From assembly GCA_964291405.2 (NCBI GenBank), contig OZ219926.1, positions 3,584,001-3,648,000 of the forward strand: a stretch of 64,000 nucleotides of DNA. The letters are read 5' to 3'. Below the pieces are notes generated by a model. That model made no database searches. It was not told the DNA's origin and worked only from the letters and a program-made list of their open reading frames with translations. Made by a program: the position numbers and the translations under genes. Origin of the DNA: Thermodesulfobacteriota bacterium (GTDB taxonomy: Bacteria > Desulfobacterota > Binatia > Bin18). Every line of letters starts with the position of its first letter. Position 1 is the first letter of the stretch. Positions 10,822-21,018 of the stretch are shown piece by piece.

Positions 10822-10845
10822 ACACCATCTTCAAAGGAGGGCGGT

Positions 10846-12213
10846 ATGGATCTCGTGATTCGGAACGGCACGGTTGTGACGGCGAGTGATATTGCACAGG
10901 CCGATGTGGGCATTGAAGGCGGTCAGATCAAACACATCGGTCAAGGGTTAGGACCGGCAGCAAAGGAAATTGATGCAAGTGGAAAATATCTCTTCCCCGG
11001 TGGCGTTGATGTCCACACCCATGTGGATATCGAACTTATGGGCTACCGCTCGGTTGATGATTTTTACTCCGGGAGCGTGGCTGCGGCGTGTGGCGGTGTG
11101 ACCACCATCGTCGATTATGCCTTGCCCGAACCTGGCCAGTCGATTCAGGGCAGCGTCGAAGCCTGGGAAGAGAAAGCCGGGGATAAATCCATTATCGACT
11201 ACGGCATCCACCCGGTCATCCTGGAGCCGACCCCGCAGATTATTGATGAAATGGCCGACGCAATTGCTGAAGGTCATACCAGCTTCAAGCTGTTCATGAT
11301 CGGCATGGCCCGTTTCGACGAGCTGGCGGCCGACTACCTCAAGGTTATGGCCCAGGCCGGTAAGCATGGGGCGCTTACGAATGTTCATGCCGAAGATCAA
11401 TGTTTAATCGGCTATCTGTGCGAACAAATGACGGCCGAAGGCAAGCTGGGACCCAAGCATTTCCCCGACTCGCGGCCGCGCGAGGCCGAGGGCCTGGCGG
11501 TGCAGCGCGCCATCAGTATGGCCAAATACGCCGAGGCGCCCATCTATTTGGTCCATCTATCGTGTGAGGAAGCCCTGGCTCCGATTCGTCAGGCCCGTGC
11601 CCACGGTCAGATCATCTACGGTGAAACACGGCCGCTCTATCTGCATCTCTCGCGCGAACGCTTTGAAGAGCCGGACGCCGAACGCTATGTTGGCTGGCCG
11701 CCCCTCCGTGAGGCGTCCCAGATGCAGGTCATGTGGGACGGCTTGCGCAGCGATAATCTGCAAACCGTGGCCACCGACCACTGCGGCTGGAACCTGGCTC
11801 AGAAAAAAGCGGGTAAGACCGTAGACGAATTGCTACCCGGCATGTCCAACCTCGAAACCCTGATCCCGATGCTCTACTCCGAAGGGGTCGGTCAAGGGAA
11901 ACTGTCGCTCAACCGCTTCGTCGAAGTGAGTGCTACCAACCCGGCCAAGCTATTTGGTCTCTATCCCCAGAAAGGTACGATCGCGGTGGGGTCGGACGCC
12001 GACATTATGATTTTTGATACAAAGAAAGATGTCACCATCCGTCATCGCAATATGCACTCGCGGGCCGACTATGAGCTGTATGAAGGCTTTCAGGTGACGG
12101 GCTGGCCAACGCATACCCTCTCGCGGGGGGAGGTGATTGTGGAAAACGGGACGGTGTTAGGCAACGCGGGCAGGGGGCAACTGCTGAAAAGGAAACGCTT
12201 TGCGCCGTTGTAG
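10846..12213 (+). CDS. hydA: Dihydropyrimidinase/hydantoinase
   Basis: PGGVDVHTH, SFKLFM, VHAE, LVHLS, ATDHC, NPAKLFGLYPQKGTIAVGSDAD. Confidence 0.92.
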   Translation: MDLVIRNGTVVTASDIAQADVGIEGGQIKHIGQGLGPAAKEIDASGKYLFPGGVDVHTHVDIELMGYRSVDDFYSGSVAAACGGVTTIVDYALPEPGQSIQGSVEAWEEKAGDKSIIDYGIHPVILEPTPQIIDEMADAIAEGHTSFKLFMIGMARFDELAADYLKVMAQAGKHGALTNVHAEDQCLIGYLCEQMTAEGKLGPKHFPDSRPREAEGLAVQRAISMAKYAEAPIYLVHLSCEEALAPIRQARAHGQIIYGETRPLYLHLSRERFEEPDAERYVGWPPLREASQMQVMWDGLRSDNLQTVATDHCGWNLAQKKAGKTVDELLPGMSNLETLIPMLYSEGVGQGKLSLNRFVEVSATNPAKLFGLYPQKGTIAVGSDADIMIFDTKKDVTIRHRNMHSRADYELYEGFQVTGWPTHTLSRGEVIVENGTVLGNAGRGQLLKRKRFAPL

Positions 12214-12309
12214 GAAAGGAACGCCTCGCGGATTTTGTGACTACGGTGTATGGGCGGCTCTTACAATGTAAACGGGGGCGGCGGATGGTTGCGTCTTGGC
12301 TTGCCCCGT

Positions 12310-12336
12310 CCCCCTCTCCCGACAGGGGAGAGAGGG
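12310..12336. terminator. GC-rich hairpin between convergent genes (terminator or REP-like)
   Basis: ccccctctccc-gaca-ggggagagaggg. Confidence 0.4.
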
Positions 12337-12346
12337 TAGGCAGTTA

Positions 12347-13861
12347 CTACTTTGCCACTTGGCCCTCGGCCCGACCGTTCACGCTGACCTCGGCGCCCCC
12401 CTGAGCCAAGACCGCGGCAGCGGTATCTTCCACCACCGTGCCTTTGAAAAAGTCCGGATTTGTTCCACCCAAGAACCGAATCGGATTGTCGCAGGTGAAA
12501 TCGCGAAAGTTTCCCGGCGTCATCAGTCCGTCCTCAACGAACTCATACGTTTCGGGCAGGACATGGGCCATGTTCGGAACATCGAAATGACCGATGTCGG
12601 AACCGAACAGGGCGTGCAACTGCGCGCCAAACGGATTGTTCTTGCGGTTGAACGCCAGGGTATTCATCCGATCATCCGCCTCGCAGCCGAAGTAAAAGTT
12701 CGTGGTGAACAAGTCCTTGATATCCTCGGCCTTGGTGATGCCGCAGGCCGAGTAGTCATCCAGATTTTCAATACCTCCGGTATCGACCGAACCCTTGGGC
12801 GGCATGGCGGTATCAAGGGCGGCTTCCCGCCGGCGCAGCGCCTCGACAATAGTAGAGTTGCCGTACTGCTCGGCGAGTTCACGAAACAGTGTATGGTCGA
12901 GGTTGGCCGGATCAACTGCGGCCAGGGCATCGAGATTGCGCTTTTCCCAGTGCTCGATCAGATCGACGTAGAGCTGACACGCCCAGCCGACCCCGCCTTC
13001 GAGAAAGGCAAATTTGAGCTCTGGGAAGCGTCGCGTCACGCCACCTAAGAACAGCGCCTTGCACACCGCCTCGTTGGCGGCCGCGAAATGACCAATGTGG
13101 TTATAGGTGAAATTGCTCGGCGACATGCGCATGGCAAACCCGCGTCCGCCGGAATGAAAAGACGGGGCGACTTTGAGCTCAGCGCATTTGGCCCAGACCG
13201 GGTCATAGTTATAGTCACTGTCCAGACCCAGGACGTCCCGATACGCAACGAATTTCGCCGCATCGGGGTGAACCTCAAGCGCGGCCGGAACATCGCGCCG
13301 GATCAGACTGCCTAACATGACGACCTTCAAGCCGAGCTGCTTGACCGCGTATTCCAGCTCGGCAACCGCCTCGTCCGGGGTGTGCATGGGAATCACCCCC
13401 GCGGGCGTTAGCCGATCCGCGTATTTACCAAAATACTCGGCGCTAAAGGTATTGAACGCGCGACAGGCCGCTTGACGCTGCTCTGCATCAGGAATCAGCG
13501 GCAGGCCGAGACCGGCCGTGGGATACATCACGCTGAAGTCGAAGCCAAATTCGTCAAGCCGTTCATACAAGAGTTGCGGCATGACCGCAGTGGCCCGGTC
13601 GCGCGTGTTCTTGGTCGGCAGCGCCCAGAACGCCTGCTGGCCGACCCCATTCGCCCGGCGTTCGGCCACGGACATGGCGAGCTCCTTTTGCACCAGCTTG
13701 GGGAAAAAAGAGAATCCTTCGACGGCTTTATCGCCACCGATTTTTCGCATTTCCTCTCTGACCAAGGGGCCGAATTCCAGCCAGTGTCCATCTGCGTCGA
13801 TGATCGGATGATGCAACCGGGCGCGTACCTCTGACGTTGTTGCGTGTCCGTTACTGCTCAT
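12347..13861 (-). CDS. Amidohydrolase_2 family protein
   Basis: IIDADGH, SVMYPT, YDPVWAKC...FH, FLEGGVGW, FGSDIGHFDV; start MSSNGH after GGAGG. Confidence 0.88.
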   Translation of the reverse strand: MSSNGHATTSEVRARLHHPIIDADGHWLEFGPLVREEMRKIGGDKAVEGFSFFPKLVQKELAMSVAERRANGVGQQAFWALPTKNTRDRATAVMPQLLYERLDEFGFDFSVMYPTAGLGLPLIPDAEQRQAACRAFNTFSAEYFGKYADRLTPAGVIPMHTPDEAVAELEYAVKQLGLKVVMLGSLIRRDVPAALEVHPDAAKFVAYRDVLGLDSDYNYDPVWAKCAELKVAPSFHSGGRGFAMRMSPSNFTYNHIGHFAAANEAVCKALFLGGVTRRFPELKFAFLEGGVGWACQLYVDLIEHWEKRNLDALAAVDPANLDHTLFRELAEQYGNSTIVEALRRREAALDTAMPPKGSVDTGGIENLDDYSACGITKAEDIKDLFTTNFYFGCEADDRMNTLAFNRKNNPFGAQLHALFGSDIGHFDVPNMAHVLPETYEFVEDGLMTPGNFRDFTCDNPIRFLGGTNPDFFKGTVVEDTAAAVLAQGGAEVSVNGRAEGQVAK

Positions 13862-13988
13862 TTTTCCCTCCTTAGCCGACTTTGTGCTCTCTGATAGACC
13901 GCCGGGCGGCCGTCCGGCTGGATATGAGGACAATAGAAAGTTTCTTGATGCTTTTCAATGCATAGTTTGCGCGTCTCCCTCCGACGTC

Positions 13989-15179
13989 TCAGCCACCAGA
14001 GACATACTCGTCAATTACCTTATGGGAGTGCCGGACCAGCACTTCCTCGTCGTTCAAATTGAAGTGTGTTCTGATTCCAGTCGCGAGCATGGACTGGGTG
14101 GCTTCAAGCGTGCTGCCATCCTCCAAAAGTGTGTCACGCAATACACATCTGCTGACTTCCTGGCTGAAGCGCTGTCCGGCCCGTGTTGTGGGCGGGCAGT
14201 ATAAACAGGCTTCCCAGAGGGTGCGGTTGGCCGTGAGCGGCCAGAAATGATGCGTGACATACGTCCCGGCAGAGACATCGACTGAAAAGTTGGGAAAGAT
14301 CACATTCAGATCAAACGCCCACTGCGGGCTGCGGGTCGGATTGACACCGAGCGGGAGCTGGTCTTCCGCAATACGGCCTTGGGTGACGACCGAGCCAAAG
14401 CGATAGGCAAGGGATTCGACGGGCGAGGGCTGATGGCTGGGGTTGCCATACAGAGACATCATCCGATGGCGAGGATAGAGTTTGATGGTCAAGGCGTGAC
14501 TAAACGGATTCTCCGGTCCGGAAAAGGTATCACCGATGGTTCGCCGGTGGAGGACCGGAACGTGGTAGATCTCCTGAAATGCATCCAGGGCGACTTTCCA
14601 GTTGCAGTTGACTTGAGTGGCGTACCGATAGCAGGTTGACATGTAATGAAAGGGGTAGCCCCGTAGCTGCCGGCCAAACTCGCCCAGAAATTCGTCCAGC
14701 GTTTCGCGTGGGTGCGGATCAATATGGACGAAGAGAAATCCCTCCCAGATATCGAGTGTCACCGGCGTGAGACCCAGCCTGTCTTTATCAAGATCAAAAA
14801 ATCTGTCCTCGTCCGGCACAAATCTGAGCTGTCCATCCAGACCGTAGGACCAGCCGTGGAATTTACACGTCACCATCTGGCAGGTGCCTTGAGTGTCCCA
14901 GGCAAGCTTATTACCGCGATGGGAACACATATTGTGAAAGGCGCGAATCCGGTCGTCTTTGCTCCGCACGATAAGGATGGACGTATGACAAATGGCCAGC
15001 TCTTTGACGAAATAATCGCCAACGTTGGGGACGTCCTCTACGCGTCCAATATTCAGCCACACCCGACGAAACAGGTGTCCCTGCTCCTGCTCAAAATAGG
15101 TTGACGAGACACACGGCTCGATCGGGACGGGTTGCCTGCCGAGTGCGGCAGGGGTGTGTCGCGTGTGCTGCTCCTGCAT
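13989..15179 (-). CDS. Rieske oxygenase alpha subunit
   Basis: CSHRG...CKFHGW; NWKVALDAFQEIYHVPVLH. Confidence 0.9.
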   Translation of the reverse strand: MQEQHTRHTPAALGRQPVPIEPCVSSTYFEQEQGHLFRRVWLNIGRVEDVPNVGDYFVKELAICHTSILIVRSKDDRIRAFHNMCSHRGNKLAWDTQGTCQMVTCKFHGWSYGLDGQLRFVPDEDRFFDLDKDRLGLTPVTLDIWEGFLFVHIDPHPRETLDEFLGEFGRQLRGYPFHYMSTCYRYATQVNCNWKVALDAFQEIYHVPVLHRRTIGDTFSGPENPFSHALTIKLYPRHRMMSLYGNPSHQPSPVESLAYRFGSVVTQGRIAEDQLPLGVNPTRSPQWAFDLNVIFPNFSVDVSAGTYVTHHFWPLTANRTLWEACLYCPPTTRAGQRFSQEVSRCVLRDTLLEDGSTLEATQSMLATGIRTHFNLNDEEVLVRHSHKVIDEYVSGG

Positions 15180-15278
15180 GCTTCTCCTCAATCCTCTCCT
15201 CAATTAACTCCGCACCAACTCCTGCTGACAACTCGGCTGCGTCGTTCCCTCCTTCTTCGTTACGGTCGTGCCCTGTTG

Positions 15279-16226
15279 CTAGGCTGGAACGCCGGAAGCG
15301 AGCGCATCGACTTGCACTACTTCTTCTGCCGAGAGCTTCCAGTTCGGCGCGGCTACATTCGCCTGCACCTGTGCCGGCGTCGTTGCTCCGGCTATTACCG
15401 AGGTGACGCACGGTTGGGCAGCGAGCCATGACATGGCGAGTTCAAGCAGGGTGTGGCCGCGCTGTTCGGCAAAGTCTTGCAGAACCTCAACCTTGGCAAA
15501 ATTCTCCTCAGAGGCCATACGCTGGGTGAAGGGCAGAACGGCCAGCCGCGTTCCGGGCGCAAAGTCCTCACCGCGTCGATATTTGCCGGTCAGCATGCCG
15601 CTGGCTAAAGGAAAGTAGGGCAACTGGCCGAGTCCATGCCGCTCACAGGCTGGGATCGCATCTGCCTCAACCGTACGATTCAACAGGCTCCAGTCATTCT
15701 GTGCAGTGACAAAGTGAGCAAAATTGTGCGCTGTGGATTGTTTGACCGCTGCATTCATCTGCTCAGCAGAAAAATTTGAATGTCCGATGGCACGCACTTT
15801 GCCCCGGCCGACCAGCGTGTTCAGCGTCTCAAGGGTCTCTTCAATCGGCGTGTTCGGATCAGGGTAGTGCATTTGATATAGGTCAATCCAGTCTGTTTGT
15901 AAGCGGCGCAGGCTGTCTTCGACACAGCGCCGAATATACTCGCCCGCTCCCCACCGTTCTCCCGATTTGGCTAGCTTGGCGACACCGCCGAATTTTGTGG
16001 CCAGAACGATATCCTTGCGACGCGGACCCAACACTTTACCCAGGAACTCCTCGGACTGGCCTTTACCGTACATGTCTGCGGTATCAAAGCAGGTAATGCC
16101 GACCTCCAGAGCCGTGTCGATCACGGCCCGGCTGGCTTCCAAATCAATCTTCATTCCAAAGTTGTTACACCCAAGACCGACCACACTGGCCTGGATTCCC
16201 GATGCACCAAGCGGACGTGTTTCCAT
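15279..16226 (-). CDS. Aldo/keto reductase
   Basis: GLGCNNFG, FDTADMY, IDLYQMH, PYFPLASG. Confidence 0.92.
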   Translation of the reverse strand: METRPLGASGIQASVVGLGCNNFGMKIDLEASRAVIDTALEVGITCFDTADMYGKGQSEEFLGKVLGPRRKDIVLATKFGGVAKLAKSGERWGAGEYIRRCVEDSLRRLQTDWIDLYQMHYPDPNTPIEETLETLNTLVGRGKVRAIGHSNFSAEQMNAAVKQSTAHNFAHFVTAQNDWSLLNRTVEADAIPACERHGLGQLPYFPLASGMLTGKYRRGEDFAPGTRLAVLPFTQRMASEENFAKVEVLQDFAEQRGHTLLELAMSWLAAQPCVTSVIAGATTPAQVQANVAAPNWKLSAEEVVQVDALASGVPA

Positions 16227-16259
16227 AGACGATGTCTCCTCAGAGCGGATTGGTTTTCT

Positions 16260-17834
16260 TCACACGGCAGCGGGGAACAGGCTATCCCAGTCCACCGCAC
16301 GCTGATACGCCGCCGCGACCCTGAGCAACTGGTCCTCGCGGAAATGCGGGGCGACCAGCATCAGGCCGATTGGCAGGCCGTCGACCTTGCCGCAGGGCAC
16401 GCTGAGGGCAGGATGGCCGGTCAGGTTAAACGGTCCCATATTACGGATGACCAGACCGAGGTCCAGCCCTAGTTGTCCGCCGAAAAGAGTCTGCTCAATC
16501 GCTTCCTCGTAATTCTCAGGCTGGTGATAACGCGGAGCCTTGATCGGTACTGTGGGCATGGCCAGGATATCGACCTGAGCAAAGGTCTGGTTATAGTGTT
16601 TGATAAAAGTGGGCCGGACATTATGCGCCTTGGCGTGCAGCCGTCCGTGCGTAAAGCGAGCCAGGTAGGTGCCGAGGATCAAATGGAGTTTGTAGTTCAG
16701 GGGGAGTTCGTGGCCGTGGCTGCGCTTGAAGCGGCCAAAGGTGGAGATGAATGAGCTGGGATAATAAGTCTTTGTACCAGCGCCACCCAGATTGGTATCG
16801 AACATATGCTTGCCGCCTTCAAAGTAGATAGGCAGCAGGGCCAAAGTGGCCTTGTCGTGTAGCGGAATAGACACGCGCTCAAGCTGTGCACCGGCTTGCT
16901 CCAGGGTGGTGAGCGCGCTCAAGACGGTCTGGTCAACCTCGGGTTCGCTGCCGGGAAAACCAAAGCCCTCGGATAAAATACCGATCCGGACGCCCGCGAT
17001 ATCCTGTGCCAATGCCTGGGTATAGCTCGGTAGTTGGACCGGCAGGGCAGCCTGCCGGGGATCATAGCCGTCCGCACCCGCTACGCACTCCAGGATAAGC
17101 GCGATATCTTCGACCGTTCGGGCGAGTGGACCCACGTAATCGATCGTTGGGTCCAAGCCAAACACTCCAGTATGGGAGACCAGCCCGTGTGTGGGCATCA
17201 GGCCCACAGTCCCCGACCACGCCGCAGGCAGTCGGACCGAGCCGCCTTGGTCTCCACCAAAGGCCACGTCAACGAGACCTGCGGCAACCGCCGCACCAGA
17301 CCCCGAAGAAGAGCCGCCCGTGACATGAGCCGTATTATGCGGGTTCAGTGGCCGTCCAAAGTCACCAACGCCGCTGAGCCCTGGGCCGCCAAAAGAGAAG
17401 TCTTCCATGTTCATTTTGCCCACGATGGTGGCTCCGGCGTCGAGCAGCCGTGTGACCAGCGGCGCGTCAAAGTCCGGGGTATAGCCGTCCATGAAATGAC
17501 AGCCGAGCGTGAGGGGCACACCAGCCACACTGATGTGGTCTTTCAGGCCGATGGTCTTGCCGGCGAGCAGTCCGTCTTTTGCGCCCTCGATCCGACATTT
17601 CCGAATAAAAACGTTCAGCGGGTCTTCTTCCGCCGTTGGCCGATAGCCGGGGTCCCGGTCGGTATAGCGGAGGGGTAGACGCTGCTCCTCGATTCTCAAC
17701 TCCTGAAAGGTCTCGAACGTGGCGATATGCTCAAGCAGGCGAGAATGCATGCTCTGCATCTCAGCCGGGGTGAGTTCCAAGCCGAGTTCCTGACTGTATT
17801 GGGCAAGGTCTTGGATACCGAGTCGGGGCAGCAT
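16260..17834 (-). CDS. Amidase signature family protein
   Basis: LKD, GGSSSGSG, GGDQGGSVRLPA (Lys-Ser-Ser triad). Confidence 0.92.
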   Translation of the reverse strand: MLPRLGIQDLAQYSQELGLELTPAEMQSMHSRLLEHIATFETFQELRIEEQRLPLRYTDRDPGYRPTAEEDPLNVFIRKCRIEGAKDGLLAGKTIGLKDHISVAGVPLTLGCHFMDGYTPDFDAPLVTRLLDAGATIVGKMNMEDFSFGGPGLSGVGDFGRPLNPHNTAHVTGGSSSGSGAAVAAGLVDVAFGGDQGGSVRLPAAWSGTVGLMPTHGLVSHTGVFGLDPTIDYVGPLARTVEDIALILECVAGADGYDPRQAALPVQLPSYTQALAQDIAGVRIGILSEGFGFPGSEPEVDQTVLSALTTLEQAGAQLERVSIPLHDKATLALLPIYFEGGKHMFDTNLGGAGTKTYYPSSFISTFGRFKRSHGHELPLNYKLHLILGTYLARFTHGRLHAKAHNVRPTFIKHYNQTFAQVDILAMPTVPIKAPRYHQPENYEEAIEQTLFGGQLGLDLGLVIRNMGPFNLTGHPALSVPCGKVDGLPIGLMLVAPHFREDQLLRVAAAYQRAVDWDSLFPAAV

Positions 17835-17836
17835 GA

Positions 17837-18880
17837 TTAACCCTCCTGTGCTGCAAAATGAGGCATGACCTCTTTGGCAAACAAGCGCATGGAATATTCC
17901 GCCCGGCGCGGATCAATGCCACCGATTTGCATCCACATGACCAGATGGGTCACGCCGGCTTCCTGCTGTGAGCGTGTAATCTCTTGAATCGCATCCTCGG
18001 GTGTCCCAATGATGGGCGGCGCCCCAAAGAAGTGGAGTCCCTGAGCCGTACCAAGTTCTTCGGCGGGCGGTAAGGGATCGACGCCAAAATAGCCGCCGGG
18101 GATTTGAAAATCTCCAGCCTCGTCGAGCTTTTGGGTATAGACGGCCATACGATGCCGCACGTGTGGCGCGCATTCTTCCCAGGCGCGTGCGCGCGTGTCG
18201 GACAGGTAGACCAATCGCAGCGCGGCTTTATGAAAATTCTTCGGATCATGACCGTGGCGGCGCAGACTGTCTTCGTACAGCCGCGTAGTATGGGCACTGC
18301 CCGCGCCCGCAAAGTGACAGCCGTAGCGGGCAACCCGGTCGATCGATTTTGGAGTCAGCCCGGCCACCCACAACGGAGGAGTGGTTTGCACCGGTCGGGG
18401 ACGGAGAGAAATGGGTCCAATCGTGAAATGCTTGCCGGCGTAGGTAAACTCCTCCTGGGTCCACAGACCGGTGATAATCGCCAGGCCGTCTTCCATCCGC
18501 GCCGGGCGCTGGGAGCGAGGGATGTTATAGGCCGCGTATTCGTCCACGACATAGCCCTGGCCCAGACCCAGGTCGAAACGACCGTCCGATAGGGCATCGA
18601 GCGTTGCCGCTTCTTCCGCAACCTGAAGCGGGTGGTAAAGCGGCAGGATGACGATATAGGTTCCGAGTCGAATGCGGCTGGTCTGGGTGGCCAGTGCGGC
18701 CAGCAGCGGGAACTGGGCTGGGAAGTAGTCGTCGGTGCCGTGGTGCTCTGCCGTCCAAATGTGGTCGTAGCCAAGCTCTTCGGCTAGCACCCCCTGTCTG
18801 ACCATACTCCGACAAAGTTGAGCCGATGAAACCTGCCAGGGCCGTGGGTTCTCAAACGCGAACAGCAGTCCGAAGTCCAT
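17837..18880 (-). CDS. LLM class flavin-dependent oxidoreductase
   Basis: [35 protein letters not shown]. Confidence 0.88.
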   Translation of the reverse strand: MDFGLLFAFENPRPWQVSSAQLCRSMVRQGVLAEELGYDHIWTAEHHGTDDYFPAQFPLLAALATQTSRIRLGTYIVILPLYHPLQVAEEAATLDALSDGRFDLGLGQGYVVDEYAAYNIPRSQRPARMEDGLAIITGLWTQEEFTYAGKHFTIGPISLRPRPVQTTPPLWVAGLTPKSIDRVARYGCHFAGAGSAHTTRLYEDSLRRHGHDPKNFHKAALRLVYLSDTRARAWEECAPHVRHRMAVYTQKLDEAGDFQIPGGYFGVDPLPPAEELGTAQGLHFFGAPPIIGTPEDAIQEITRSQQEAGVTHLVMWMQIGGIDPRRAEYSMRLFAKEVMPHFAAQEG

Positions 18881-18979
18881 CTCTCCCCCCTCGTGAGACG
18901 CATTGGGAGTGGCCCGTGCGCCCAAACCTTGTCCTCCCGAAGTGGGCGTGGTTTAACCGAAGGCAGAAGGGAGGCCGCT

Positions 18980-19744
18980 ATGGCAACATTCGACGAGTAC
19001 CGCAATCAGTATAAGCATGTTCAGATGGAGCGGCGCAACGGAATTCTGCAACTCATGCTCCACACGGATGGGAAAACCCTGCACTGGGGAGAAGGCCCAC
19101 ACTCGGAGTTAGGAAAATGTTTCTACGATGTTGGCAGCGACCCGGAGAACAGAGCCGTCATTATTACCGGCACGGAGGACAAGTTCATTGCCCGCTACGC
19201 CCGGGAGGGCCAATGGGAGATCACGCCCCAGTTATGGGATCATATTTATTGGGATGCCAAAAAGCTTCTGATGAATCACCTGGACATCGAGGTGCCCATG
19301 ATTGCCGCGGTCAACGGTCCGGCTACCATTCACGCCGAGCTGGCGGTCTTGTGTGATATTGTGCTTGCCTCAGACGACGCGGTATTCCAGGATGCGCCGC
19401 ATTTTCCCAACGGGATTGTGCCGGGCGACGGGGTACATATTGTCTGGCCGCTTCTCCTGGGCGCGAACCGAGGGCGTTACTTCCTGCTCACCGGTCAGAA
19501 ACTCTCGGCTCAAGAGGCGCTGACACTCGGGGTGGTCAACGAGGTCATGCCGCGTGAAAAACTGCTTGAGCGGGCCTGGGAGTTGGCGGAGATTGTCTCC
19601 AAACAGCCGCCGTTGACCGTTCGCTACGCCCGCGTCGCGCTGACCCAGCAACTCAAGAAGCTGATGCTCGACAACCTTGGCTACGGCTTGGCGCTCGAAG
19701 GTTTAGGCGCCCAGGAATACTGGCCGGGCGGGAAGAAGAAGTAA
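18980..19744 (+). CDS. Crotonase-family 6-oxocamphor hydrolase-like beta-diketone hydrolase
   Basis: [44 protein letters not shown] closely resemble Rhodococcus CamK. Confidence 0.8.
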   Translation: MATFDEYRNQYKHVQMERRNGILQLMLHTDGKTLHWGEGPHSELGKCFYDVGSDPENRAVIITGTEDKFIARYAREGQWEITPQLWDHIYWDAKKLLMNHLDIEVPMIAAVNGPATIHAELAVLCDIVLASDDAVFQDAPHFPNGIVPGDGVHIVWPLLLGANRGRYFLLTGQKLSAQEALTLGVVNEVMPREKLLERAWELAEIVSKQPPLTVRYARVALTQQLKKLMLDNLGYGLALEGLGAQEYWPGGKKK

Positions 19745-19785
19745 TAGAGTGGGGGAAATATTACCCTAGTGGTCTGAATCCGCTG

Positions 19786-20925
19786 ATGTACCGCTATCAG
19801 GAAACGCAACGCTACTTTGCCCAAGTAGCGGATGATATCAAGGACATTGCCGAGCAAGAGCTCCGCACGCTTGGAGCCCGAGAGACCAGTCCGACGTATC
19901 GCGGAATGTATTTCACTGCCTCACCAAAGGTGCTCTATACCATTAATTTTTACGCCCGCCTGATTACCCGCGTGCTCGCTCCGCTCACGTCGTTCAGGTG
20001 TCACTCCGACCGCTATCTGTACAAAAAGGCGCGGGAGGTCGAATGGCAGGATTTCCTCGATCCGTCACAAACCTTTGCCGTTTTTGCCACCGTGGCCAAC
20101 AGTCGGCTGCGGCACTCGAAATTTGCCGCCCTCCGCCTGAAAGATGCAGTAGTTGACTCTCTTCGAGCTGCCACTGGTGCGCGTCCGTCCATCGATACCA
20201 GAGAGCCGGATGTCTGGATTAATCTGTACATTCAGAATGATGAGGCCACGATCAGCCTGGATACGTCTGGAGGCTCGCTCCATCGCCGCGGCTATCGAAA
20301 AAAAAGCGTCCAGGCACCCCTGGTCGAGACCTTGGCCGCGGCGATTATTCACCATACTGAATGGGATGGACGCCGACCGCTGTACGATCCGTTCTGCGGC
20401 TCCGGTACCCTGCTGTGCGAGGCCTATATGTCGGCTGCACGGATGCCGGCGGGGCTGTTTCGTCAGCGATTTGGTTTTCAGTCCCTGCCCGACTTCGACA
20501 CGAGGCTCTGGCGGCAGGTGCAAGAAGACGGGCGGGCTGCGCTGCGTCCTCCTCCTCGGGGCCTCATATCCGGCAGCGATATCGACCCCGAAGCTGTTCA
20601 CGCCGCGAGGGCCAACTGCGCCGCCTTTCCCGCCGGTAGTTCCATCACGGTTGAGCAACGCGATGCCTTTCAGATTCGTCGGATCGACGACGCGGTCATT
20701 GTGTGTAATCCGCCGTATGGCATCCGCATGGGCAAACAGGACAATCTGGACGCTTTCTACGCCCGCCTGGGCGATTTCCTCAAACAGCGCTGTCAAGGCT
20801 CGACGGCTTTCATTTATTGTGGAGACCGTCAGTACCTGAAGCGGATTGGCCTCAGACCGGCGTGGAAAAAACCGCTCGTCAACGGCGGCTTGGACGGACG
20901 CCTGGCAAAGTATGAACTGTATTAA
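19786..20925 (+). CDS. rlmL: THUMP-domain class I SAM RNA methyltransferase (stand-alone RlmL-like)
   Basis: LDTSGGSLHRRGYR, APLVETLAAA, DPFCGSGT, CNPPYG, NGGL. Confidence 0.75.
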   Translation: MYRYQETQRYFAQVADDIKDIAEQELRTLGARETSPTYRGMYFTASPKVLYTINFYARLITRVLAPLTSFRCHSDRYLYKKAREVEWQDFLDPSQTFAVFATVANSRLRHSKFAALRLKDAVVDSLRAATGARPSIDTREPDVWINLYIQNDEATISLDTSGGSLHRRGYRKKSVQAPLVETLAAAIIHHTEWDGRRPLYDPFCGSGTLLCEAYMSAARMPAGLFRQRFGFQSLPDFDTRLWRQVQEDGRAALRPPPRGLISGSDIDPEAVHAARANCAAFPAGSSITVEQRDAFQIRRIDDAVIVCNPPYGIRMGKQDNLDAFYARLGDFLKQRCQGSTAFIYCGDRQYLKRIGLRPAWKKPLVNGGLDGRLAKYELY

Positions 20926-21018
20926 CTCCTCATCCGGTACGATCCCTGAGCTGATGCGTGGACGATTTCGAGTACGACATGGTAGAGTAAACGCTACTCA
21001 ACGAAGGAGGGCCCGATA

